In this document: positions 48,340 through 57,475 of the stretch, in pieces
How positions within the stretch are numbered: the first letter of the stretch is position 1
Layout: every line of letters begins with the position of its first letter
Source of the DNA: an uncultured virus (IMG/VR IMGVR_UViG_3300023109_001645)
Taxonomy: Duplodnaviria; Heunggongvirae; Uroviricota; Caudoviricetes
Length of the DNA: 64,000 nt
Virus record (IMG/VR): IMGVR_UViG_3300023109_001645
Direction: 5' to 3' (one strand)
Position numbers and translations under genes: made by a program
Notes under the pieces: generated by a model
Seen by the model: the letters and a program-made list of their open reading frames with translations, nothing else
Told to the model about the DNA's origin: nothing
The model's database searches: none

Positions 48340-48826
48340 TTGAATAGTTACTTCGTAACTATTAGTTTTCGCTAACGCTCAAACTACAATACTTCGTTTT
48401 GATTAAATGATTTATATATACAACATTCATTATCACGTAAGTGATAATGTTTAAGTTTCATGTAGATTGTTTCAGTCAGACGGAACCTTTTACGGTTCCA
48501 TCTAATCTCAAAATGCGCTTCATGTGAGTCTGCACCAGCCGAGACTTGGAAGTAGGTAATTGTTTATACACAAAGTACAATGGGCTCTGACCTTTCCCAA
48601 CCTACGTCGACATCGCTGTTTCCAGCTACCTCTCGCTTCGTTCCTATTGCTAAAGAGTTTTTATGTACTGTGTTTGTGTTTTTCGACTGCCAACATGCAA
48701 TCTATATCAACTAGTGAGCCCAATTTGTTTGGTGGCTTCCACACTCTGGTGTGTCAATCAATATGTACGTGTGCTTCTATACGAGAGCTTTTTCCACAGC
48801 GGTATTTCTAATCCGGCCCGCTAACC
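48340..48826 (-). ncRNA. Candidate large structured non-coding RNA/DNA element
   Basis: About 490 nt with no credible ORF and many hairpins. GCTG-GAAA-CAGC and a G-U-containing stem favour the minus strand. Long-range pairing TGGGCTC/GAGCCCA. Confidence 0.5.
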
Positions 48827-49276
48827 TTATGTGTTGGAATGTTTTGCCTGTATGTGATGTTCTAGCAATGCCTGTTTGAGCTTGTCTGATCCGCCTACTC
48901 TAACATTAATGATACCATTATAGTAGTCATCTGTTTCAAGTACTCGCCTATCAAACTGCTCTCGTGCCTCTATGTAGGACATTTCGCCCCTACCTTTACA
49001 TAGGTATAATATTTCTCTTGTAAACTTGTCTTCGCCTAGTTGTGCAACATCTGCGTTTAGTCTATCACTGGATCCCCAGTAAGTACGCCAATCGCTTTCT
49101 TTAGTGCCGCGTCTTTTGTTTTTCTTGCCTTTGAGTGGTGGCTTAGTAGTTTTAAATTTTGCTAGTTTCTTGCCTATGTATTTTTGGCCTGTAGTGGTAT
49201 TGGTAATAAGATAAACAAAGCCTTCATACTCTTCTGGTATTTCTTCAATTGTTTTACCTTCGTAAGTCCACTGCAT
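48827..49276 (-). CDS. Small stand-alone GIY-YIG family nuclease
   Basis: GFVYLITN....KYIGKK, ESDWRTYWGSS, FTREIL, a conserved E and YYNG.I. There is no C-terminal DNA-binding extension. Confidence 0.7.
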   Translation of the reverse strand: MQWTYEGKTIEEIPEEYEGFVYLITNTTTGQKYIGKKLAKFKTTKPPLKGKKNKRRGTKESDWRTYWGSSDRLNADVAQLGEDKFTREILYLCKGRGEMSYIEAREQFDRRVLETDDYYNGIINVRVGGSDKLKQALLEHHIQAKHSNT

Positions 49277-49309
49277 GAGTATACTTACCGGTGCCTAAAG
49301 TGTTTATGC

Positions 49310-49510
49310 CTAAGTTCTGGTTTCTCTTGTTGTGTTGTGATGAATATGTATTTCGTCTGCACGTTCTTTTGCTAATGATCGAATATCTCGTAAACATTTT
49401 CTTACTGCACGGTGTGTTCGTACACTGTTTCTTTGTTCAAATTTTTCATTTGCTTTAAAATAATCAAGATATGCTTTTACTAGCAAATCGTGTGCGTCAT
49501 CTTCTGTCAT
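49310..49510 (-). CDS. Small hypothetical protein
   Basis: 66 aa, translationally coupled to gp46 by an ATGA overlap. Confidence 0.6.
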   Translation of the reverse strand: MTEDDAHDLLVKAYLDYFKANEKFEQRNSVRTHRAVRKCLRDIRSLAKERADEIHIHHNTTRETRT

Positions 49511-51276
49511 TCTACAACCTCTAAGTCATTTGCATAACTTGTAAATCCATTTTCTTTTACAACACGCAATACATGATTAACTCTTCCAACTAGTTCGTCT
49601 TTGTGTGAAATAAGATATATATTCTTTTGTCGCTCACGTGCCATCTTCTTAAGAACACTTAGACTATTTTCAACGCCAGCTGTGTCCATTCCGCTATCAA
49701 TAAGCTCGTCGATGAACAATAAATTAATATTTTGATATAAACTTTCCCAAACATCTCTAAATGCAAAGCTCAACCCGAGTATAAGTCTGTTGCGCTCACC
49801 TCTGCTCAAGTTATCAAAGTCTAAATCTTGTCCTAGTTGTGTAATTTCAACATTCAAATCGTTTTGGAATTTAACTTGATGTGGTAAGCCTAGTTTGTCA
49901 AGATAGTATGTGAGTCTGTTGTTTAAATATGCTAAGTTTTGATCAATAATCTTTTTGCGAATAAAACTATCTTTGTTTGTAAGAAGTTTTAATAAAAACT
50001 CTTGATGCTCTTTGTAACTTGTAAGTTCGTTTACTATACTCCAGTCAATTTGTTGTATAGCACTTTCACTTAGTTCTACAATTTGTGCATCATACGGATC
50101 AGTTTCAACTTTTTTATCTTCAAGTGCCTTTTTCAAATTGTCTACGTTGTTTCTATGATCGTATGCTTCTTTGGCAGTGTCGTAGAATGTAGTAGGCTTG
50201 CCATTGATATCGCCTATTTCAGCAAGTGCTTCAGCAACTCCTGTAACTTTTTCTGCTATCTCTGATTGATATGATAAAGCATCATCGAGTTCTTTATCTT
50301 TGCGTTCTGCAATTTCTATTTTTTTATCTGCATGTAGATCTTGTCCGCATGTATAACACTTGGCATCAACTAATTCTTCAATATCTTTCTTTGCTTTTTC
50401 TACACTCTTGTCAGCACGTTGTAGTGCAGGTTCTAGTGTGCTTAATTCTTTTTTAAGAGCTAAAATAGCATTGTTGTGCTCAGTCCAGTTAGATAGTTTT
50501 TCATGTGCTTCGAGTTCATCTTCAATGTTTAAATGTTCTAATTCGTCGATTGCACTAACAAGCTTGTCTTGATCCTGTTTGTTTTTAGCAATCCATGCAC
50601 GTTGTGTACGCTTTAGACCATTAATACTGCTTTCAATCTTTTCATTTGCAGTTTGAATAGCATTAATTTTAAGAGTTTCTTCGGTAATAGCATCTTTGCT
50701 CTGGCGAGTTTGATCTTTAAGTGCGTCTGCCTTTTCAGATAGTATGGTAATACCTAACAATTGCTCGATGATCTGTCTTTGATCATTAACTCGCATACTC
50801 AAGAACGGTTCTGTGTAAGTGTTTAGTGCAACAATGTGTTTGAACATGTCATGACTCATACCTAACAGTGTGTTTACATCGTCTTGCGTCTGTCTACTGT
50901 CACCTTGCGACTCATCTACCAATGCTTCTTGGTTGTTGATGTAGAATTTAAAGAAATTAGGCCCACGTCCCCGCTCGATACGGTATTGATTGTTATCTTT
51001 TTCAAATTGCAGTGTAACCAACATGCCTTTGCTATTGGTTTTGTTGATTAAATTGTTGGCTCTAATATTAGTAAGGGCTTTTCCGTACATTGCATAGCTA
51101 AGTGCATTAATAATAGTTGTTTTGCCAGTACCGTTACGTGATCCACTATCATCACCACCTTGATCCAAGTTTTCACCTAGCACCAGTGTTAGTTGTTCAC
51201 CTTCGAAGTCTACTGCTTGAGTCTGATTGCCTACACTCATAAAGTTTTTTACGGTAAGATCTTTAATCTTTATCAT
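49507..51276 (-). CDS. gp46: Recombination endonuclease subunit, T4 gp46 / SbcC-Rad50 ATPase
   Basis: NGTGKTT Walker A, CYTCGQ zinc hook, LSRGE signature, LLFIDELID Walker B and ISH. Confidence 0.93.
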   Translation of the reverse strand: MIKIKDLTVKNFMSVGNQTQAVDFEGEQLTLVLGENLDQGGDDSGSRNGTGKTTIINALSYAMYGKALTNIRANNLINKTNSKGMLVTLQFEKDNNQYRIERGRGPNFFKFYINNQEALVDESQGDSRQTQDDVNTLLGMSHDMFKHIVALNTYTEPFLSMRVNDQRQIIEQLLGITILSEKADALKDQTRQSKDAITEETLKINAIQTANEKIESSINGLKRTQRAWIAKNKQDQDKLVSAIDELEHLNIEDELEAHEKLSNWTEHNNAILALKKELSTLEPALQRADKSVEKAKKDIEELVDAKCYTCGQDLHADKKIEIAERKDKELDDALSYQSEIAEKVTGVAEALAEIGDINGKPTTFYDTAKEAYDHRNNVDNLKKALEDKKVETDPYDAQIVELSESAIQQIDWSIVNELTSYKEHQEFLLKLLTNKDSFIRKKIIDQNLAYLNNRLTYYLDKLGLPHQVKFQNDLNVEITQLGQDLDFDNLSRGERNRLILGLSFAFRDVWESLYQNINLLFIDELIDSGMDTAGVENSLSVLKKMARERQKNIYLISHKDELVGRVNHVLRVVKENGFTSYANDLEVVE

Positions 51277-51277
51277 A

Positions 51278-52294
51278 TTATGATTCTAGTCCATTATATA
51301 TTTGCAGCAACATACTTTTATCGTAGTTGTTTGTGTCTAGTTGTGATATTTCATTACTTACAATTTGATCTACACTTTCAAATTGTGCAATATCGAGCTC
51401 TGTACTCATTTCTTCTAACTGTTTTTGTGGTATTAGCGTAATTTCACGGCAGTTGTACTGGTTAATAAATGTTTCTTTGATAAAACTTGCTTCTTCATAA
51501 CTGATAGGCAAGTCCAATGTAACACGCAAGTACATTTTACTCTTAATAAAGGTATCTGCGTTGTCGATTAGATGACTGAGTGTCACAGTACGATACTTAG
51601 GACAGTTTGGCCAGTCAATAAACTCTGGTTCTTTGTTATTTTCTTTATCAAGTATCATCATACCACGTTCATCATCGCCTACATCAGCATAGTTGTGCGG
51701 AAATGCATTACCGATGTAGTGAATAGCACCTTGCTTCTGTCTTTTATGGAAGTGTCCACTAAAAACATAGTCTTGATGCTTGAAATGCTCGGGCTTTAGA
51801 TCACCGTGATCTGGCATTCTTACTAGTGCGTTCATATAAAAGCTAGGAAGTTCAAAGTGACCAAACAAATACTTTGTTTTAATATCGCTCATCTTCTTCC
51901 ACTCATCTCCTACAAGCCAAGGCACAAGTGCAACATCATCCTCAATAAGAATTTCGTCTACAAACGTAATACCTGGGATGTGTTTTGCAAATGCTGTACT
52001 GTTAACGTCACGTTTGTCTTTATAATACAAATCGTGATTACCGTCAAAGAAGTAAAACTTCTCAAATGCAGCACCTAGCTTTTCCATACAACGAATTGTT
52101 GCATCCATAGTGGTAAGATTAAGTGAATTACGATTATGATGCCAGTCTCCGCAGAAGATACCGGTCTCGCAACCGGCAGCTTGTGCTTGTTCTATGTACC
52201 AATCAATAAATTCCTCGCAATCTTCGTTGTGAACCCGACTATTGCCTTTTAAACCAAAATGAATGTCTGTAAAAACCGCAGCTTTCTTAAACAA
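51278..52294 (-). CDS. gp47: Recombination endonuclease subunit, T4 gp47 / Mre11-SbcD nuclease
   Basis: Metallophosphoesterase motifs TDIHFG, GDWHH, GNHD, GHFE and SGHFH. TTG start with a GGAGG RBS. Confidence 0.92.
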   Translation of the reverse strand: MFKKAAVFTDIHFGLKGNSRVHNEDCEEFIDWYIEQAQAAGCETGIFCGDWHHNRNSLNLTTMDATIRCMEKLGAAFEKFYFFDGNHDLYYKDKRDVNSTAFAKHIPGITFVDEILIEDDVALVPWLVGDEWKKMSDIKTKYLFGHFELPSFYMNALVRMPDHGDLKPEHFKHQDYVFSGHFHKRQKQGAIHYIGNAFPHNYADVGDDERGMMILDKENNKEPEFIDWPNCPKYRTVTLSHLIDNADTFIKSKMYLRVTLDLPISYEEASFIKETFINQYNCREITLIPQKQLEEMSTELDIAQFESVDQIVSNEISQLDTNNYDKSMLLQIYNGLES

Positions 52295-52322
52295 AGAGTA
52301 TCCTCCATATATACATTGTTAA

Positions 52323-52351
52323 AGTATATAGTAAATGTTGACACTTGTCAA
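52323..52351 (-). promoter_or_regulatory. Sigma70-type promoter for gp47-gp46
   Basis: TTGACA (52351-52346), 17-nt spacer, TATACT (52328-52323). Confidence 0.7.
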
Positions 52352-52352
52352 C

Positions 52353-53201
52353 CTATTTTTTGGTGCCAGTGTATGCAGTAGGTGCAGCGTCTTCGTTTCG
52401 CTTCACACTTGCTTCCCATTCGCCTGCATTTTGTCTTGTATAACTTGGACTCAAGTCATTCATTTCAAGAATATCGTCTCTGATGTTCTGATTGCGCTTT
52501 TCAATGTTGATAACACGTACAAAACTGTTGGTAACTGCGGCTGTATAGTATGCAAATGGATTATCTGACTTAGATTCGTCAAATTGCAAGCCAATCTGTG
52601 ATAGTTGCAAGATTGCTTGACCTTTCATTTCGTCATTGTATGTATATCCACGTACATTGCCACGAGTAGCATATCTGTCAACAAGTTTTAACCACATCAT
52701 AGCAAGTTTTTCAGTTGCCTTACCGTGTTTATGACTAAAATGACCGTTGTCCATACCGCCTACCCAATGACTTTTGCCTACTAGGATAATTTCACCTTCG
52801 TCATTGTACTTGTAATGCTGAAATGGCGGAAAAGGAAGTTTAACCTTTGTGTCAGCTACAGTCTTTGGGTTCTTTTTGCGTCCAGGCTCGTCTGGTATAT
52901 GATCAAATGTCATTATACGGAAGATTAATTCTTCTTTTGTAATTTCTGTAGGCTTAGTCTCACATTCTGCTTGTTTAACTTTATGACCTAGTCCTTTTCT
53001 GCGTTCATACTCTGCAGATGAAAGCTTTTTTGCTTTGTTGCGTTTTGCTTCTGCAACAGTTAACCTGTTAATTTTGTCTACACTTGGTAAAATGATATCG
53101 TAATGACCATGTTCTTCTGCTGTATAGCTATTAAACTTATTTTTAGATTTATGTATCTCTTTTAATATATCTTTATTGTTCAGATAATTCTTGGGGCGCA
53201 T
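52353..53201 (-). CDS. gp55: Late transcription sigma factor, T4 gp55 family (extended)
   Basis: NYLNNKDIL N-terminus, N.RGYTYNDEM and FDESKSDNPFAYYTAAVTNSFVRVINIEKR. Confidence 0.85.
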   Translation of the reverse strand: MRPKNYLNNKDILKEIHKSKNKFNSYTAEEHGHYDIILPSVDKINRLTVAEAKRNKAKKLSSAEYERRKGLGHKVKQAECETKPTEITKEELIFRIMTFDHIPDEPGRKKNPKTVADTKVKLPFPPFQHYKYNDEGEIILVGKSHWVGGMDNGHFSHKHGKATEKLAMMWLKLVDRYATRGNVRGYTYNDEMKGQAILQLSQIGLQFDESKSDNPFAYYTAAVTNSFVRVINIEKRNQNIRDDILEMNDLSPSYTRQNAGEWEASVKRNEDAAPTAYTGTKK

Positions 53202-53225
53202 CGGTTTCTCCTATAGTTAACTTAT

Positions 53226-53254
53226 ATTATAATATACTATGTTAATTTTGTCAA
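53226..53254 (-). promoter_or_regulatory. Consensus sigma70 promoter for gp55
   Basis: TTGACA (53254-53249), 17-nt spacer, TATAAT (53231-53226). Confidence 0.8.
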
Positions 53255-53284
53255 CTAAATAGTAGTATAGGAGACAATATAATT

Positions 53285-54139
53285 ATGCCTTTTAAAATTG
53301 ATTTTAATGCAAGCAACTTCGTTAGCAGTATTGTATCAGATGCAAAATCTGCTGTCAAAGGTGCAATAGGCGAAACTATTAACAATAAACTAGGTAGTCT
53401 AGGACCACTTGGCAAATTAGCAGCTAACTTTATTAATGAAACCGGCGGCTTCGGTTCATCGATAACCAATAGAACCATATCTAGAGCAATTATTGCTTCG
53501 GATAACAGTGTAACTTCTCCCGAAGATTGGAGAGTTAGTATACAAGTGCCAGACATATTATTAAATGGCAACATACTTGATCCATTAAAGATAGAAAGTA
53601 AGAATGGTGCGTTTTCAACAGGAAATAAAATGGTATTTCCGTTTAATCCTACGGTTTTATTAAGTCATAGTGCAAATTATTCAGCTATACAGCCCACACA
53701 TACAAATTATCCCTACAACGCATACGAAAGTAGTCAAGTAGATGCAATTACAATTACAGGTGAATTTTATCAAGAAAACGAAAACGATGCCAAGTATTGG
53801 ATTGCTTGTTTACATTTCTTAAGAACAGCAACTAAAATGTTTTATGGCGGTGATAGCGATCACATAGGTAATCCGCCAGTGGTTTGTAGATTAAACGGTT
53901 ATGGTAAGCACGTATTAAATAATATTCCAATTGTAATTACCAACTTTACAACAGATTTACCAGTTGATGTAGATTATATTTCTTGTACGATGCCAGATGG
54001 GAATGTAAACTACGTTCCGACCCAAAGCAACATAACAGTTACATGTCAGCCACAATACGCAAGGCGTTCACAATCAGGATTTAGCTTAACTGATTTTGCT
54101 GATGGTACGCTTATTGGTAAACCTGAAGGATTCGTCTAA
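53285..54139 (+). CDS. Baseplate tail-tube cap/initiator-like protein (gp48/gp54-like)
   Basis: VFPFNP, THTNYP, HFLRTATKMFYG, GNPPVVCRLNGYG and LPVDVDYI. First gene of the baseplate operon. Confidence 0.55.
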   Translation: MPFKIDFNASNFVSSIVSDAKSAVKGAIGETINNKLGSLGPLGKLAANFINETGGFGSSITNRTISRAIIASDNSVTSPEDWRVSIQVPDILLNGNILDPLKIESKNGAFSTGNKMVFPFNPTVLLSHSANYSAIQPTHTNYPYNAYESSQVDAITITGEFYQENENDAKYWIACLHFLRTATKMFYGGDSDHIGNPPVVCRLNGYGKHVLNNIPIVITNFTTDLPVDVDYISCTMPDGNVNYVPTQSNITVTCQPQYARRSQSGFSLTDFADGTLIGKPEGFV

Positions 54140-54438
54140 TGCAGCCAAATAATTTAAGTCCATATTTTCGAACTCCTATAAACAAAAACGGATATTTAGA
54201 TGTATTGTCTCCGAGACCGGTGCCAATTAATAGAGATGATATATTATTTGAAATAACTTCCGAATATACATATCGTCCTGATTTACTTGCTCATATTACC
54301 TACGGACGCAGACAACTTTGGTGGGTATTTGCACAGAGAAATATGGATATTCTTAAAGATCCTGTATTTGATTTTGTAGCTGGTACCAAAATTTACTTAC
54401 CTGATCCAACTTCTTTACGCAATACATTAGGATTCTAA
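54139..54438 (+). CDS. Baseplate wedge gp53-like / LysM-like protein
   Basis: YRPDLLAH..YG...LWWVFAQRN...L.DP motif. Confidence 0.7.
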   Translation: MQPNNLSPYFRTPINKNGYLDVLSPRPVPINRDDILFEITSEYTYRPDLLAHITYGRRQLWWVFAQRNMDILKDPVFDFVAGTKIYLPDPTSLRNTLGF

Positions 54439-54439
54439 T

Positions 54440-57400
54440 ATGGCATTTAACTTAGGCGCATCAATAAAGAAAGGTTTATCATCACCAGTAGTTAATAATA
54501 TAAGTCAGCGTATTAATTCTGCTATACCTAGTGTTAACACTAGTTTGATGAGTTCATCTTTGGTTGCAGACGCTAAATCTGCGTTTTCAAATGCAGCAGT
54601 AGGAGCAATATCTAGCAAAGTTAATGGAGCACTAGGCAGTCAACTTGGCGGCATCCTAACTAATGAATTGTTAAATGGATTAAATGCAAATGCAAAAGAA
54701 CTTACAGGACTAGTTGAAACTCCTTTAAAAATTGTTGAAAGAGGAGCAGCAGATCTTGCAGGAGTAACAGGTGGTGAATACGGACTAATTAGAGAGCAAT
54801 ATTTAGAGTTAACTAAGAGAACCGCATATGCAGGCTACGTAGATAATACATTTATTCCTGCATATGCACCGGACAAGTCTGGTGCAAGTAAAGTTCCTAA
54901 TCCTCTAAGAGACCATGCTAGTTTTAATTATGTAGTTACATTGGGTATACTAGATGCAGCTGAGTATAATAATCCTGAGTTGTATAGAAGTGCAGGCGGA
55001 TTTAAAAGTTATGTAATAAAAAGCAGCGGCGGAAACTTAGACAAACGTACTCAAGTATTTGATGAAACCGGCGGCGGCTCAAGTGAACATGCAGAATATT
55101 ATATTGAAGATCTTGAAATAGATGCAGTTATTACTCCTAATCAAAATACTGGTATTGCATTAGGAACAGATTTATCTTTTACTGTAATTGAACCTTATAG
55201 TATGGGTAACTTTATACAAGCTATAATTACAGCCGCTAGAGAAGCTGGATTCGGTAGCTATCAGTCAGCTCCGTTTTGTATAAAGATTGACTTTGTAGGT
55301 TGGAATCTTGATGGAAAAACAGATGCAAATTTTGTTCAAAGGCCAATTTTCATACCAATTAAACTTATTAATATGGAATTTAATGTTAGTGGTCAAGGTA
55401 GTAGATATGCAGTTCAAGCAGTACCTATGAGTGAAACAGGCTTGGCTGATAATATTAATAAAATTAAGACACCAGTTAAAGCAACTGGTTTGTTGTGTCA
55501 CGAAGTACTTGAAACAAATGATGCATCTGTTACTTCTGCAATTAACAGTCATATCGAAACTTTAGAAGAAGCGGGAGCTCTTGCTCCCTTCGATAGATAC
55601 ATTATAGCATTTCCAGAAAATCGTACCACCTTAGTAAACGCATTAAAACAAGGAAATGTCGAAGAGAGTGCTTTTACAACTAGTCCAGAAGAAAGAGAAG
55701 CACAACGTACTGCTGCTACTGCTGGCAATCCTCGACTGCGAGATGCATTTGACCCACAGATTATTACAATTACTCCGGGATCGCAAACATATGCTGTTTT
55801 AAAATCCTTTGCTGAAAATACAGATTTAATGAATGAAATAGGTAAAAGTTTCCTTAATGAAGATACCAATGCACCAGGAAATTCTAGTGAAGCAGATGCA
55901 AGTGCAGTAATTAATCCTGATACTGAAATAGTAGATACTACATCTGTTGCAGCACAGCCTGCTGAAAAAGCAAGAGATTTTCAGTTCAATCAAAACGAAT
56001 CGATTACTAGTATTATTGAAAAAATAGTTTTACAAACAAGCTATGCAGCAGAAAAATGTACAGAAAACTCATCAACGGGTTTAAACAAATGGTTTAAGAT
56101 TGATACTTATGTTTTTATTGACGAAAGTCCGTTAACAGAGCAGCAAGCAGGACGTCGTCCAAAAGTTTACGTCTATGCGGTAATGCCTTATGAAGTTGAC
56201 GAAGCAATTACAGCCGGAGCCAATGCAGCACCTGCAAACACTCAGGGACTTAAAGAAGCAGCAGTTAAAGAGTATAATTATATCTACACTGGTAAAAATG
56301 AAGATGTGTTAAATTTTGATATTAACTTTAATAATGCATTCATGTTAACTGCACTGTCGGATCTTGGAATGAATTCCGGTAATCAGCAACCAGATGCAGG
56401 AACAGTTGCTGCCACACAAAACAACGACAGCGGAACAGTTATAAATCCAAATGCGCCAGTCAGTGGCAACGAAGGATCTCCAGCAGTTGAATTGGATAGT
56501 CAAGGCAACGATATTCAGCCTAATACGCAGATCAATGATGTAAAACGACAGATTGCAGAAATGTTCCATCAAAGAATTAGAAATATGACAGTGGATATGG
56601 TCACTGCTGAAATGGAAATAATGGGAGATCCTTATTTCTTACCGCAAGAAATGGGAAATTATGTTGCAGAACTAGGAGATCGTCCTGGAGTAACAAAAGA
56701 CGGAACAATGACATACCAAACTGGACCAGTATATTGTGTAGTTAATTTCAAAACTCCTTTTGATTACCAGATAAAAGGAGCCACAATGGAATTTCCAGAA
56801 AATGTTCCTGGATTTAGTGGAATATATCAAGTATGGGCAGTTGTTAACAAATTTTCTGCTGGTAAATTTACACAAACAATTAAATTATTGCGCCGCAGAG
56901 GACAAGATAACGAAGAAACTCCTAATCCTAAAAACGCAATACTTGTTGATAATTCATCTGCTACTTCTAACAAAACTGTACAATCTGATGGAACTGTTGG
57001 ACAAACAAATGGCGGAATTGATTGTTTCCCAGCACCGGCAAACGATGATATTAGAAATTTAGGATCTGCTGTTGGTAATGATATAATCAGTGAAACACTA
57101 GGACCTCTTGTTGAACAGGCTCAGCAATTATCTAATATAGATAATGTATTGCAAGAAGGGTTTGACGCAGTAGTTGCAAACGTTCCTGATTTAACTAAAG
57201 TTATTCCGGGTGCCGAGTCTGCAATAAATGCAGCAATTACAGGAATATCAACATCACCAATGGTTCCTGTAGGCAAATATTCAAGTGCAAGATTACCAGG
57301 TGTTATGGGTAGTATACGACCAGGTGATGAAACAAATGCACTCGATGTACTAGCAGCACAAGCAGAAGTAGTCAATCAAGCTAGAGATGCAGCTCTCGGT

Positions 57401-57475
57401 GGAGTAAATAGAGCAGTAGATTCAGTTACAGGCGCAACTAAGTCGCGTGTTAATAAGTTATTAGGACCATTTTAA
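54440..57475 (+). CDS. Baseplate hub protein (gp27/GpD-like, putative)
   Basis: Position between the gp53-like and gp5 genes. Motifs MEIMGDPYF and SGIYQV..V.NKFSAGKFTQT.KL.R. Confidence 0.55.
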   Translation: MAFNLGASIKKGLSSPVVNNISQRINSAIPSVNTSLMSSSLVADAKSAFSNAAVGAISSKVNGALGSQLGGILTNELLNGLNANAKELTGLVETPLKIVERGAADLAGVTGGEYGLIREQYLELTKRTAYAGYVDNTFIPAYAPDKSGASKVPNPLRDHASFNYVVTLGILDAAEYNNPELYRSAGGFKSYVIKSSGGNLDKRTQVFDETGGGSSEHAEYYIEDLEIDAVITPNQNTGIALGTDLSFTVIEPYSMGNFIQAIITAAREAGFGSYQSAPFCIKIDFVGWNLDGKTDANFVQRPIFIPIKLINMEFNVSGQGSRYAVQAVPMSETGLADNINKIKTPVKATGLLCHEVLETNDASVTSAINSHIETLEEAGALAPFDRYIIAFPENRTTLVNALKQGNVEESAFTTSPEEREAQRTAATAGNPRLRDAFDPQIITITPGSQTYAVLKSFAENTDLMNEIGKSFLNEDTNAPGNSSEADASAVINPDTEIVDTTSVAAQPAEKARDFQFNQNESITSIIEKIVLQTSYAAEKCTENSSTGLNKWFKIDTYVFIDESPLTEQQAGRRPKVYVYAVMPYEVDEAITAGANAAPANTQGLKEAAVKEYNYIYTGKNEDVLNFDINFNNAFMLTALSDLGMNSGNQQPDAGTVAATQNNDSGTVINPNAPVSGNEGSPAVELDSQGNDIQPNTQINDVKRQIAEMFHQRIRNMTVDMVTAEMEIMGDPYFLPQEMGNYVAELGDRPGVTKDGTMTYQTGPVYCVVNFKTPFDYQIKGATMEFPENVPGFSGIYQVWAVVNKFSAGKFTQTIKLLRRRGQDNEETPNPKNAILVDNSSATSNKTVQSDGTVGQTNGGIDCFPAPANDDIRNLGSAVGNDIISETLGPLVEQAQQLSNIDNVLQEGFDAVVANVPDLTKVIPGAESAINAAITGISTSPMVPVGKYSSARLPGVMGSIRPGDETNALDVLAAQAEVVNQARDAALGGVNRAVDSVTGATKSRVNKLLGPF

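Noticed and set aside
48560..48811. 83-aa plus-strand ORF within the non-coding element
   Set aside because: TTG start, no convincing RBS, atypical composition and no motif. The structure signals explain the region better.
48340..49276. Group I intron with a GIY-YIG homing endonuclease
   Set aside because: The flanking genes appear intact with their own starts and stops, and I could not identify P/Q/R/S core elements. A covariance-model search would be the formal test.
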